NCBI GenBank assembly: GCA_002011125.2
Contig: MTMF02000009.1
Location: 1,544,989 to 1,608,988 of the forward strand
Direction: 5' to 3'
Source: Candidatus Hydrothermarchaeum profundi
Lineage (GTDB): Archaea > Hydrothermarchaeota > Hydrothermarchaeia > Hydrothermarchaeales > Hydrothermarchaeaceae
DNA: 64,000 nt
Part shown: in pieces, positions 1 to 9,410 of the stretch
How positions within the stretch are numbered: position 1 is the stretch's first letter
Layout of the letters: every line of letters begins with the position of its first letter
Notes under the pieces: model-generated
What the model saw: only the letters and a program-made list of their open reading frames with translations
The model's database searches: none
Told to the model about the DNA's origin: nothing
Translations under genes and position numbers: made by a program

Positions 1-11
1 ATGCGCTGATA

Positions 12-896
12 GTGGTTATTCTGCCGCCGGCAGACTTTTTGACGTATGGTATCCTTGCCTCTGGGATGATGTTTATCCAGTACATGATAGGACCAAAGAT
101 GGTAGAGTTATCGATGAGAGTTAAATATGTCTCAGAGGAAGAAGCTCCCGAGTTGCATCAGATGGTTGAAGAGCTTGCTAGGGCCGCAAATATACCTAAA
201 CCTAAAGTTGGAATTTCGCCAGTCCAACTTCCTAATGCTTTTGCTTTTGGAAGATCAATAAGTGATGGCCGTGTCTGCGTAACTGAGGGTATCTTAGGTC
301 TATTAAGTAAAGATGAGCTTAGGGCGGTTCTCGGACACGAAATATCCCACTTAAAGAATAGGGACGTGACTATTATAACAATGCTTAGTGTGATCCCAAC
401 TATTTGCTGGTATATCGCATGGAGCACAATGTGGGGCGGCTATGGTAGGGATCGCAGGGGAAGTCAGGCGTATATTGGAATCGTGGCATTTATCCTCTAC
501 TTTTTAACCAATCTTCTTGTGCTTTATGGGTCTAGGATAAGGGAGTACTTCGCAGATAGAGGAAGTGTCATGCTTGGTAATCCTCCTCATCATTTAGCTA
601 CAGCACTCTATAAGCTCGTATATGGGAGTGCCAAGACTCCGAGAGAGTCTCTTAAACAGATGGAGGGATACAAAGCCTTTTTCCTTAATGATCCTTCTAG
701 AGCTAGACAGGAGATAGCGGAGCTTAGCCAGCTTGACCTGGATCTTAGTGGAACTATAGACAAAGATGAGCTTGAGATGATAAGAAGAGGAAGGATCTCA
801 CTTAGTACGACGGATAGGCTTATAGAATTATTAAGTACACATCCCAATATGCTTAAGAGGATAAAATATCTGTCAGAGCTGCAAAGCACCTCTTAA
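12..896 (+). CDS. htpX: Zinc metalloprotease HtpX (M48), probably 5'-truncated by the window edge
   Basis: PNAFAFG, HEISH (HExxH), SRIREYFADRG and STHP motifs; frame is open upstream to the window start. Confidence 0.93.
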   Translation: MVILPPADFLTYGILASGMMFIQYMIGPKMVELSMRVKYVSEEEAPELHQMVEELARAANIPKPKVGISPVQLPNAFAFGRSISDGRVCVTEGILGLLSKDELRAVLGHEISHLKNRDVTIITMLSVIPTICWYIAWSTMWGGYGRDRRGSQAYIGIVAFILYFLTNLLVLYGSRIREYFADRGSVMLGNPPHHLATALYKLVYGSAKTPRESLKQMEGYKAFFLNDPSRARQEIAELSQLDLDLSGTIDKDELEMIRRGRISLSTTDRLIELLSTHPNMLKRIKYLSELQSTS

Positions 897-936
897 AGCG
901 CATCTGTTAAATAGGATAACCTTCTTCTCGTGGAAT

Positions 937-2217
937 ATGGATGCCGTAGTTAGAAGAGTACAGAAGATACGAGGTAGTATAGTTGCTCCTCCCTCAAAAA
1001 GCTATACCCACAGAGCCTTTGTAGTAGCTTCTTTGGCGGAGGGTACTTCAGTTGTAAGGAATCCCTTACTGTCAGGAGATACCCTTTCAACTTTAAATGC
1101 AATTCAAGCCTTTGGGATTAGAGTTGAAGTGGAAAAGGATATAGTGATACATGGGAGAGGAGGGGATCTCGAGACTCCAACTTCCCCGATAGATTGTGAG
1201 AACTCTGGTACTACGATTAGACTAATAGCGGGAGTTGCATCACTTGATGCAAGAGTAACACTAACAGGCGATGAATCTGTCCAAAAAAGGCCTATGCAAC
1301 CTCTTTTAGATGCTTTAAAGCAGTTAGGTGTTTACGCCTATTCTGTTAAAAATGATGGAACTCCTCCTGTGGTTATTGAGGGGGGCAGTATTAAAGGCGG
1401 CTTAGTTAGAATTAGAGGAGATATAAGTTCACAGTTTATCTCCTCTTTACTTATTATATCACCATACGCAGAGAATGACGTTATACTGGAGATAACCACT
1501 CCTTTGAAGTCTCGCCCTTACGTTGATATTACCCTAGACGTTATGGAAAAATTTGGTGTCTTAGTTGAACAAAGAGAGAATAGATACTATATTCGCTCGG
1601 GTAAGAGGTATTCTCCTACGGAATATCATATTGAAGGAGATTACTCCTCTGCGGCATATTTTCTAGCATTAGCAGCTATGAGTAGCTCGGAAATTATAGC
1701 GAGGAACTTACGAAGGGAGTCAAAGCAAGGTGACAAAGTGATAGTTGATATACTCGCTAAGATGGGTGCTGAAGTTAGATGGGTTGAGGATGGGGTTCTA
1801 GTAAAAGGCGGTAAACTTAAAGCTATTAATATCGACCTAGGTGATACACCAGATCTCCTTCCTACTGTGACAGCATTGGCATGTTTGGCTGAAGGTACGA
1901 CCATAATTCGAAATGTAGAACATGCAAGATATAAAGAGACCGATAGGATTTCCGCATGTGCCAAGGAGTTTAGGAAATTTGGAGTGAGAATTGAAGAGAA
2001 AGAAGATGGACTTGTTATACATGGTAAAGAATCGCTTGCTGGTGCTATTGTTAAGTCATACGGGGATCATAGAATGGCTATGGCTTTAGCTATAGCTGGC
2101 TTATCTGCTGAGGGTAAAACTATTGTTAAAGACATAGATTGCGTAAGAATATCTTTTCCAGCGTTCTTTAATATGGTGAGAGACCTCGCCCCTTGGGGAA
2201 GTAGCTTAATTCGCTAA
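937..2217 (+). CDS. aroA: 3-phosphoshikimate 1-carboxyvinyltransferase (EPSP synthase)
   Basis: PPSKSYTHRA, NSGTTIR, SSQFISSLL, KETDRI, DHRMAMA motifs. Confidence 0.97.
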   Translation: MDAVVRRVQKIRGSIVAPPSKSYTHRAFVVASLAEGTSVVRNPLLSGDTLSTLNAIQAFGIRVEVEKDIVIHGRGGDLETPTSPIDCENSGTTIRLIAGVASLDARVTLTGDESVQKRPMQPLLDALKQLGVYAYSVKNDGTPPVVIEGGSIKGGLVRIRGDISSQFISSLLIISPYAENDVILEITTPLKSRPYVDITLDVMEKFGVLVEQRENRYYIRSGKRYSPTEYHIEGDYSSAAYFLALAAMSSSEIIARNLRRESKQGDKVIVDILAKMGAEVRWVEDGVLVKGGKLKAINIDLGDTPDLLPTVTALACLAEGTTIIRNVEHARYKETDRISACAKEFRKFGVRIEEKEDGLVIHGKESLAGAIVKSYGDHRMAMALAIAGLSAEGKTIVKDIDCVRISFPAFFNMVRDLAPWGSSLIR

Positions 2218-2473
2218 GGCTTGTTGGCTATTTTACTGGTTTTTAGACTTCTTTTTGTCCTTAATTCTTATTGTTAAACTAGAAAAAATAATTTTTACAA
2301 GGAAAAGATTAAAGTATGATAACCTTATTATTAATAAGAAATTTTCAAAAACTTAAATGGGGAATTGAGGGCGTCGGCATGGACGAAGTAGCTATCATAT
2401 ATTACACTATGATGATAACAAATGATGTTATTGGATGCAACTTTTTAGAAAATACTTGGGGGAGGTGCAAAAT

Positions 2474-3439
2474 ATGGTTATGGGATCATTATTCAAAAAA
2501 TTATCGGACAGTAAAAGAGTTATCGAGGAGAAGGGGGATTACACTAAAGTAATATTCGAAGGTCTAGAAGACCCTATTTTGCTAATCAATAAACGGTTTG
2601 AGATCGCAGGTGCGAATGAAGCGGCAGCTAGGTTCGCAGGCTGTCCTAAGAAAGAACTCATAGGAAAAAAATGTTATAAGAAGATACATCTTCAAAATTC
2701 GCCCTGCAGGTTTCCAACAGTATGCCCTGTTCGTAAAGTGATGAAAAAAAAGGAGAGTGTCCAGTTGTCACATACTCATTATGACGGTGAAGGTAACCCT
2801 CACTTGGTTGAGGTTCTAGCTCTACCCCTTAAAGATTCTTACGGTAGATGCACACTGGTAGTAGAAATATGCAGAGATATTACAGAGAAAGTTAAGCTCT
2901 ATGAGAATCTTCAGGCTAGTGAGGAGAGATTTCGTTCTATAGTCCATGATGTACTGGATAGTTCGGAGGTAGGAGTCTTCATCTTAGATAAGGATTTTCG
3001 AGTAGTTTGGATAAATACAGCTCTAGAACGCTATTTTGGTCTAAAAAGAGAAGACGTTATTGGAAAGGATAAAAGACAGCTCTTGCGAGAAAAAATAAAG
3101 AAGATTTTTGAGGATCCTGACGGATTCGAAAAAAGAGTTCTCGCTACTTATGAGGATAACACCTATATCGAGGATTTCGTATGTCATGTTCTACCAGAGG
3201 GCAATAGAGAGGAACGTTGGCTTAGACATTGGAGTCGACCCATAAAGATGGGTCTCTACTCTGGGGGTAGAATTGAACACTATTATGATATAACAGAACA
3301 GTATAAACTTATGCAGAGACTTGAGAAACGTGTTACAGACCTAGAACGCTTATATAAAGCTTTTATAGGCAGGGAATTACAAATGCGGCAGCTCAAAGAA
3401 GAAATAAGAGAGTTAAAGAAAAAGCTAGGTGAGAGATAG
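2474..3439 (+). CDS. Cytoplasmic tandem-PAS protein with C-terminal coiled coil and no output domain
   Basis: Two PAS/PAC repeats (ANEAAARFAG..ELIGKKC..RDITE; INTALERYFG..VIGK..YDITE) and a GRELQMRQLKEEI tail; start set at ATG 2474 behind GGAGGTG (ORF track starts at 2435). Confidence 0.85.
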   Translation: MVMGSLFKKLSDSKRVIEEKGDYTKVIFEGLEDPILLINKRFEIAGANEAAARFAGCPKKELIGKKCYKKIHLQNSPCRFPTVCPVRKVMKKKESVQLSHTHYDGEGNPHLVEVLALPLKDSYGRCTLVVEICRDITEKVKLYENLQASEERFRSIVHDVLDSSEVGVFILDKDFRVVWINTALERYFGLKREDVIGKDKRQLLREKIKKIFEDPDGFEKRVLATYEDNTYIEDFVCHVLPEGNREERWLRHWSRPIKMGLYSGGRIEHYYDITEQYKLMQRLEKRVTDLERLYKAFIGRELQMRQLKEEIRELKKKLGER

Positions 3440-3500
3440 GTCTGATTAAATTCTGGAGGTAGGAAAAATCCTCGGGAAAGGTTTAAAAACTCGAGTATTT

Positions 3501-5507
3501 TTGATTTTAGTATTAGTCTCGTTTTTGCCTGTTGCTATCGGAGGAATCTATGAATATCATAGGGATAAAGAAGCTTTAGAAAATCAGATTATTAGTGATT
3601 TAATTTTAATTAGTGAAACTAAAGCGGCTCATATTTATTATTTTATTAATATGTCAAAAGAACGTGTTGAAGACTTTGGCTCAGACGTTTTTATCCGTAG
3701 CTCTCTAGAAAAAATAGTGACCCATAATTTCAAATCCAATGAAGTGATCAAAGAATTAAATTTATACTTGATAAACAATAAATTGCCTTTAGATAATTCT
3801 ATTATTGGTATCATTGTCATTAGTAGAGATGGAAAAATAGTTGCCTCGACAAGTGAAACGGAATTAGGGAGAGACGAATCTAAGGATGATTATTTTAGGG
3901 AGGGTCTAAAGGGCATCTATGTGAGCGATGCTTTCTTTTCTCGCCATATTAAAGCTATTCCAGCTATAGTAGCTTCAGCTCCACTAACAAGCACTACTAC
4001 AGAAGAAACTATAGGGGTTATTTCTAATTTTATTAGTATAGATGAACTCAACTCTATATTATCAAGTGGAATTCCCGCGAGACTAACTTTACCTGATGTC
4101 CCGCCTGATAGGAAAAAACCCTTACGCGTATACTTAGTTAATGGTTCTGGGATACTGATAGCTGGTTCTAATTTAGAGAGAGGGGCTCCTTTAGAGACAC
4201 CTGTAACCTCTGGGCCTTTCAATAAATGTGGAACTAAAAGGGTGACATCAGGTATATACAAGAACTATCTTGACGAGACTGTTTTAGGGGCTTCTGTTTG
4301 CTTGTATGATCTTGGATGGAAGTTGGTAGCAGAAATCAATAAAGAAGAAGCTTTCACACCAGTTTATGTTCTTAGGAACAGACTTATTGTGTTTTGCACA
4401 TTCTTGATAGTTTTGATTGTGGGCATTTCATGGATACTTAGTGAGAGAATTGTAACGCCTATTGAAGAACTTGCTTCTGCCGCTGACAAGGTTGCAAACG
4501 GAGATTTTAATGTGCGAGTGTCTATCTCTGGACCTACTGAAATCGGGAAACTAGCTGCCATTTTCAATGATATGGTAGAGGATTTAAGGAGCCTATATGA
4601 AGAACTGGAAGATAAAGTGAAAGAGAGGACACTAAAACTTAAAGCAGCTAATAAACAGCTTGAAGATTATTCTAGAAATCTGGAGGAGAAGGTCAAGCAA
4701 AGAACTCAAGAATTAGAAGAAAGCAGGGATGCTCTTCTAAACCTTGTTGAGGATCTAGAGGAGTCTAGAAAAGAACTGGAAAAAACTCATAGGAATTTAG
4801 AGCTAGCGCATGAAGAACTTAAAGAAATTGATAAGATAAAGTCATATATCATATCTAATGTATCTCACGAACTTCGAACTCCACTCACTATTGCGAAGAG
4901 TGCTATAGACTTAGCGATGGAGGAAGAAGACCCTGAAGCTAGAAATGAGCTATTGAAGAAGGCTGTGAAAGCCCTAGCTAGGCAAAACGATGTTATTGAG
5001 GACTTGATAACTATTAGCAGGATACAGAAAAAGGAGATTAAGCTCGATTTGAAGATAACTAATTTAGTGGATATAATAAAAAGGTGTATTAAAGATAAAG
5101 AAGAGCTGGCTTCTAAAAAGAATGTTAAAATAACATTAGAATATAAGGAGATACCTTATATAAACGCGGATGAGAAGTATCTAAGGCACGCTATTTTAGA
5201 CTTATTGGACAATGCTATAAAATTCAACCGAGACGGAGGCAAGGTCTGGATCAAGGTAGAGAGGAAGAACAGCGAGGTAGAGGTAATAATTAAAGACACA
5301 GGTATAGGGATACCAGTAGATAAACTCGAAGAGATATTTAAGCCGCTCACACAACTAGATCCTTCTACCACCCGGAAGTATGGTGGTACTGGAATGGGAT
5401 TAACAATTACAAAGCGGATAATTGAGCTTCATGGTGGAACAATAAAAGTAAAAAGCAAAATAGGGCAGGGCTCAGAGTTTTCTTTTTCTTTAAAAGCAGC
5501 TGACTAG
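3501..5507 (+). CDS. Membrane sensor histidine kinase (Cache-HAMP-coiled coil-HisKA-HATPase)
   Basis: Two TM segments, HAMP, SHELRTPL H-box, DNAIKFN N-box, DTGIGI and GTGMGL G-boxes; true start may be ATC 3468. Confidence 0.93.
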   Translation: MILVLVSFLPVAIGGIYEYHRDKEALENQIISDLILISETKAAHIYYFINMSKERVEDFGSDVFIRSSLEKIVTHNFKSNEVIKELNLYLINNKLPLDNSIIGIIVISRDGKIVASTSETELGRDESKDDYFREGLKGIYVSDAFFSRHIKAIPAIVASAPLTSTTTEETIGVISNFISIDELNSILSSGIPARLTLPDVPPDRKKPLRVYLVNGSGILIAGSNLERGAPLETPVTSGPFNKCGTKRVTSGIYKNYLDETVLGASVCLYDLGWKLVAEINKEEAFTPVYVLRNRLIVFCTFLIVLIVGISWILSERIVTPIEELASAADKVANGDFNVRVSISGPTEIGKLAAIFNDMVEDLRSLYEELEDKVKERTLKLKAANKQLEDYSRNLEEKVKQRTQELEESRDALLNLVEDLEESRKELEKTHRNLELAHEELKEIDKIKSYIISNVSHELRTPLTIAKSAIDLAMEEEDPEARNELLKKAVKALARQNDVIEDLITISRIQKKEIKLDLKITNLVDIIKRCIKDKEELASKKNVKITLEYKEIPYINADEKYLRHAILDLLDNAIKFNRDGGKVWIKVERKNSEVEVIIKDTGIGIPVDKLEEIFKPLTQLDPSTTRKYGGTGMGLTITKRIIELHGGTIKVKSKIGQGSEFSFSLKAAD

Positions 5508-5509
5508 AG

Positions 5510-5707
5510 CTATTTTACTCTGTGCAGGATATTAATAGCTTCCTCCACCCATTGAACATGTCGTATTTCATCTTCAATGATGTATTCTATTAATCGCTTG
5601 ATTTTCTCATCCTCAAGATCCAGTAATAGATCGCCGTAAAATTCTCTAGCACTCTTCTCAATTTCAGCCAGTCTTTCGAAATGAGGTATAATACTCCTAG
5701 AAGACAT
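5510..5707 (-). CDS. Small half-ferritin/rubrerythrin-like protein
   Basis: EIEKSAREFY...EDEIRH, a two-helix E..ExxH pattern. Confidence 0.75.
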   Translation of the reverse strand: MSSRSIIPHFERLAEIEKSAREFYGDLLLDLEDEKIKRLIEYIIEDEIRHVQWVEEAINILHRVK

Positions 5708-5936
5708 TTTTGTTCTCTCTCTCTACATATCTCACCATTTCCTCAAACATCACCTTGTGTCTTCTTGAGTCGCTCTCTATTTTATCCAGTATCCATCTTA
5801 ACCTTTCTGCATTTTCATTAGGCAGATTTAAATAACTACTCTTTTTCTTCAAAATCTCAATAATAATTTCCGTATTCTCCTCTTCGAGATGTATAGCATT
5901 CTTAAGTTTTTTGACTAATTTTTCCTTTTTAGTCAT
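5697..5936 (-). CDS. Small half-ferritin-like protein
   Basis: AIHLEEE...ESDSRRH pattern; GGAGAGG RBS; overlaps the next gene. Confidence 0.7.
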   Translation of the reverse strand: MTKKEKLVKKLKNAIHLEEENTEIIIEILKKKSSYLNLPNENAERLRWILDKIESDSRRHKVMFEEMVRYVERENKNVF

Positions 5937-5950
5937 CCTCTCCTCTCGAT

Positions 5951-6658
5951 TTAGGGGTATTCTAATACTAATTTTTCTGCTAGTTTAAATATATCTTTAG
6001 CTGCCTTTGATGAGGGATTTCTCATCAAAAGCACCTTCCCTTCCACCAATGATTTCTTTACTTCTTCGTCTTCTGCAACTTCCCCGATTACTTTAATGCC
6101 CATAATATCTTCTATGTATTTTGTTGGAATATCATAAGCACTTCCCACTCTATTTAGTACCAACCCGAGGACTTTCTTACCTAGCCTCTCAGCTACAACC
6201 TTCGTTTTAAGAGAGTTTGTAACTGAAAGTATGTCCGGCGTAGCCACAAGTAGCACAGCATCACATGCTGAGATAGCGGTTATAGCATCTATTCCAAGGC
6301 CGCTAGGAGCATCAACCAATACAACGTCATACTTCTCCATTAATTCTTTAATAAAATTCTTAAGAAGCTCTATGTTCAAATCCTTGAGATCTTCCACTCT
6401 AACGCTACCAATAGCTAGTTCGACACCATCAGCCTTTAACACGATATCTTCAACTCCTGCACTGCCAGATAAATATTCATGAATCGTCGGAACCTTGAAG
6501 TCTATCCCAAATATGAGGCCCATACTAGAGCCCTCGACATCTGCATCTACTATAGCAGTCTTATATCCTAGCTGGGAGATAGCTACTCCAAGATTAGCGC
6601 ATATAGTGCTCTTTCCAGAGCCTCCTTTACCAGAAGCTAGGCATACACTTACACCCAT
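5951..6658 (-). CDS. minD: MinD/ParA-family ATPase
   Basis: SGKGGSGKST deviant Walker A, VDAD, VDAPSGLG, GLVLNRV. Confidence 0.88.
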   Translation of the reverse strand: MGVSVCLASGKGGSGKSTICANLGVAISQLGYKTAIVDADVEGSSMGLIFGIDFKVPTIHEYLSGSAGVEDIVLKADGVELAIGSVRVEDLKDLNIELLKNFIKELMEKYDVVLVDAPSGLGIDAITAISACDAVLLVATPDILSVTNSLKTKVVAERLGKKVLGLVLNRVGSAYDIPTKYIEDIMGIKVIGEVAEDEEVKKSLVEGKVLLMRNPSSKAAKDIFKLAEKLVLEYP

Positions 6659-6661
6659 CAG

Positions 6662-7051
6662 CTATCGCTCCAAAACTTTTCTAGGAGGACTCTTAAGTAA
6701 CCAATCGACCATATCCAAAAGCTTGTCTTTATCGATGGGTTTAGAGATATGCCAGTCTGCTTGCTCATCCAAGCTTTTTATCTTATCTTCGTCAGATGAC
6801 TTAGCTGTCAGTATTGCGATTGTGATAGATTTCGTATCTTCTTTACTTTTTAGTATCCTTAAAATATCATATCCGTCGAGACCTGGCATCATGATATCGA
6901 GAAGAATTAAGTCCGGCTTCTCGGTCTTTACTTTCTCCAAGCATTCCTCTCCATTATATGCTTCTATTACTTTGTGTCCTCCTTTTTCTAGGATTTTCTT
7001 TATTAAATACACTATGTCTGGTTCATCGTCAACTACCAGAATCTTTCCCAT
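6662..7051 (-). CDS. Single-domain response regulator (receiver)
   Basis: VVDDEP, LLDIMMPGLDG, LTAK, SKP. Confidence 0.93.
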   Translation of the reverse strand: MGKILVVDDEPDIVYLIKKILEKGGHKVIEAYNGEECLEKVKTEKPDLILLDIMMPGLDGYDILRILKSKEDTKSITIAILTAKSSDEDKIKSLDEQADWHISKPIDKDKLLDMVDWLLKSPPRKVLER

Positions 7052-7058
7052 TTAAATC

Positions 7059-7751
7059 TCATCCCTTAGGTAATTCAACGTAAAAAATGCTCCCCCCACC
7101 CGGATTATCTTCTACCCACACCCGTCCACCATGCAGGTCCACAATTCGTTTTACTATTGTTAGTCCAAGACCTGTTCCTTTAATCCCTTTTTTTTCGCCA
7201 GTTATGAATCTATAGAATATCCTTTCTTTGTATTCATCCTTTATTCCTACTCCCTGATCTTTCACTATTATTCTTATCTTTTCTCCAAGGTCCTCAGCTT
7301 CCACAGTAATTTTAGAATTCCCCGGACTATATTTTATAGCATTTGAAATTAGATTTAAGAAGACATTCTCAATTAACGGGGATATACAAGCAACATATTC
7401 GCCTTTAATCCTATTCTCTAAAAGGATATTTTTCTCCCTAGATTGAAACTCAAAATGCTCGAGTACTCTTTCTATTATAGGGGATATGTTTCTTATTTCG
7501 AACTCCAATTTTTTTTGATCAGCTAATTCAACACACATAGAGGCCTGATTTATAATTTCTTCAAGTTTAGAGGCATTCTTTTTTATCATCTCTATCTTCT
7601 CTCTTATTTCCGGAGATGAAACCTCTTCCTCGAGTAATTCAGCGACATTTTTTATCACACCTATCGAGTTAAGCATATCGTGCCTAAGGATGTCTATGAA
7701 GAGGTCCTTCAATGCTAACTCTTTCGTTAATTCATCCTTTGTTTTCTTCAA
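7059..7751 (-). CDS. Cytoplasmic histidine kinase without a sensor domain
   Basis: LRHDMLN H-box ~24 aa from the start, NLISNAIKYS, DQGVGI, GTGLGL; AGGTGAG RBS before TTG. Confidence 0.9.
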   Translation of the reverse strand: MKKTKDELTKELALKDLFIDILRHDMLNSIGVIKNVAELLEEEVSSPEIREKIEMIKKNASKLEEIINQASMCVELADQKKLEFEIRNISPIIERVLEHFEFQSREKNILLENRIKGEYVACISPLIENVFLNLISNAIKYSPGNSKITVEAEDLGEKIRIIVKDQGVGIKDEYKERIFYRFITGEKKGIKGTGLGLTIVKRIVDLHGGRVWVEDNPGGGSIFYVELPKG

Positions 7752-7966
7752 AATTACTCACCTATAGTAGTGATATAGCTTCTACAAAATCACATTAATA
7801 TACGGCACATTTAAATGTTTTTATTTGTGAACTCATAATTCTCTTTATTATTTTTAGAAATTAGCTAAAATTTTGAAGTAAAAAAAGAAAATAAGTTTAT
7901 TGATTGTTTAAACCTTTACATAATTGCAAAAAAGTTAAAAAAGGATAGTAATGAAAGTAATAACTT

Positions 7967-8359
7967 ATGACAAAGATAATGGTGGTAGATGATGAGCCCG
8001 ACATCATCTTTCTAATCAGAAAGATATTAGAGAAAGCGGGATATGAAGTAACTGAAGCATTAAGTGGTGAGGAAGCTCTCGAGAAAGTTAAAAAAGAAAA
8101 GCCGGATCTCATCTTGATGGACGTGATGATGCCAGGCATTGATGGAGTAGAAGCTGCAAGAAAGATTAAGGAAGACGATGAAACAAAGCATATACCTATA
8201 ATCATGGTAACAGTGAAGACAGAAGAAGAAGATATGATAAGGAGCTTCCAACAGGCCCACTGCGATGCTCACGTTGGGAAGCCTATTATTCGGGAAAAAT
8301 TGCTTAAGACCATAGAATGGGTGTTAAAGACCAAAAAAAGGTGGGAGGGAGATAAATAG
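7967..8359 (+). CDS. Single-domain response regulator (receiver)
   Basis: VVDDEP, LMDVMMPGIDG, VTVK, GKP; paralog of 6662..7051. Confidence 0.93.
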   Translation: MTKIMVVDDEPDIIFLIRKILEKAGYEVTEALSGEEALEKVKKEKPDLILMDVMMPGIDGVEAARKIKEDDETKHIPIIMVTVKTEEEDMIRSFQQAHCDAHVGKPIIREKLLKTIEWVLKTKKRWEGDK

Positions 8360-8379
8360 AATTCCCGGCCAACTATACT

Positions 8380-9006
8380 GTGCTACTATACGGGCCACCA
8401 GGAGTTGGAAAGTTTGAATACTGTCTAACTTTAGTTAACCTTTGGCTAAGTAAGGGAGAAAGAGTGATATTTATTACAACTGAGAGGTCTCCCGACGAGA
8501 TAAAAGAAAGAGCTAGTGAATATGGCATTGACCTGGAGAGCAGAGAAGGGGATAGATTTCTATTCATTGACTGCTATTCGTGGAGTATTGGGAAGAGCTA
8601 TGAAAAGGGATTTACAATAGAAAACCCTGCAAATATAAACGAAATCAGTATTGTTATAGAAAAAGCTACTGGACAAATGGAAAAGCCATTGCGGATTGTT
8701 TTTGACTCTCTCTCACCACTATTTCTCCATAATCCTCCGGAAGCTATGTCTAAATTTTTTCAAGTCCTGAACTCTAGAGTTAAATCCGAGTACGGATTTA
8801 TTTTATACACTCTTCAACAAGGAGTACATGATCCACAGATTGTGAATACATTAATTTACCTTGTGGACGGATACTTAGAGATGAGATTCGCTGAAGAGGA
8901 GAAGCTTGAACGGATGTTCAGAGTCCATCATATGAAGGGGAGAACCGTGGATACTTCTTGGAAGAAGTTTGAGATAGGGGATAGGGGATTCGAGTTTTTA
9001 GAATAA
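8380..9006 (+). CDS. Single-domain KaiC/RAD55-family ATPase with degenerate motifs
   Basis: GPPGVGKF Walker A, FIDCYSW, VFDSLS, LVDGYLEM; true start probably ATA 8356. Confidence 0.85.
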   Translation: MLLYGPPGVGKFEYCLTLVNLWLSKGERVIFITTERSPDEIKERASEYGIDLESREGDRFLFIDCYSWSIGKSYEKGFTIENPANINEISIVIEKATGQMEKPLRIVFDSLSPLFLHNPPEAMSKFFQVLNSRVKSEYGFILYTLQQGVHDPQIVNTLIYLVDGYLEMRFAEEEKLERMFRVHHMKGRTVDTSWKKFEIGDRGFEFLE

Positions 9007-9008
9007 GA

Positions 9009-9410
9009 TTAGGGTTTCACATATACAATATAGCTAGCGTTTTCGACCAATTTTTTTTCCGCTCCCTCATAAACTACAATAGTTGACTTAAAAGCACCAA
9101 GAGCAGAAGGGCGAACCCTCCAGATCAATTGGAATCTCTTCTTGGTTCCTAGGTATATCGTGTCTTCAACTCTTTTAGCTCCATTAAAATACAGTACGTA
9201 TGTGTAAAGCTTTCTGCTATCCGAGGGATTATATATCTCCGCTCTACCTACTACTTCTTCTCCTATCTTTGCTACTGAGTGACTAGAGGTTATAGTCACC
9301 TCGCTTGTTATTTGCGAAGATAGCTGATGTACTACCAAGCCTGCCAGCAGAAAGAAAATCACTATAGATCCTAGATAGATTAATCTAAGGCGACGCATAC
9401 TTGAACACAC
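9009..9410 (-). CDS. Membrane-anchored protein with an Ig/CARDB-like domain
   Basis: N-terminal TM helix then a beta-rich domain; likely start ATG 9398. Confidence 0.65.
   Translation of the reverse strand: MCSSMRRLRLIYLGSIVIFFLLAGLVVHQLSSQITSEVTITSSHSVAKIGEEVVGRAEIYNPSDSRKLYTYVLYFNGAKRVEDTIYLGTKKRFQLIWRVRPSALGAFKSTIVVYEGAEKKLVENASYIVYVKP

Noticed and set aside
2316-2552. 78-aa ORF upstream of the PAS gene
   Set aside because: Overlaps the PAS gene out of frame, lies in an AT-rich promoter region, no motif
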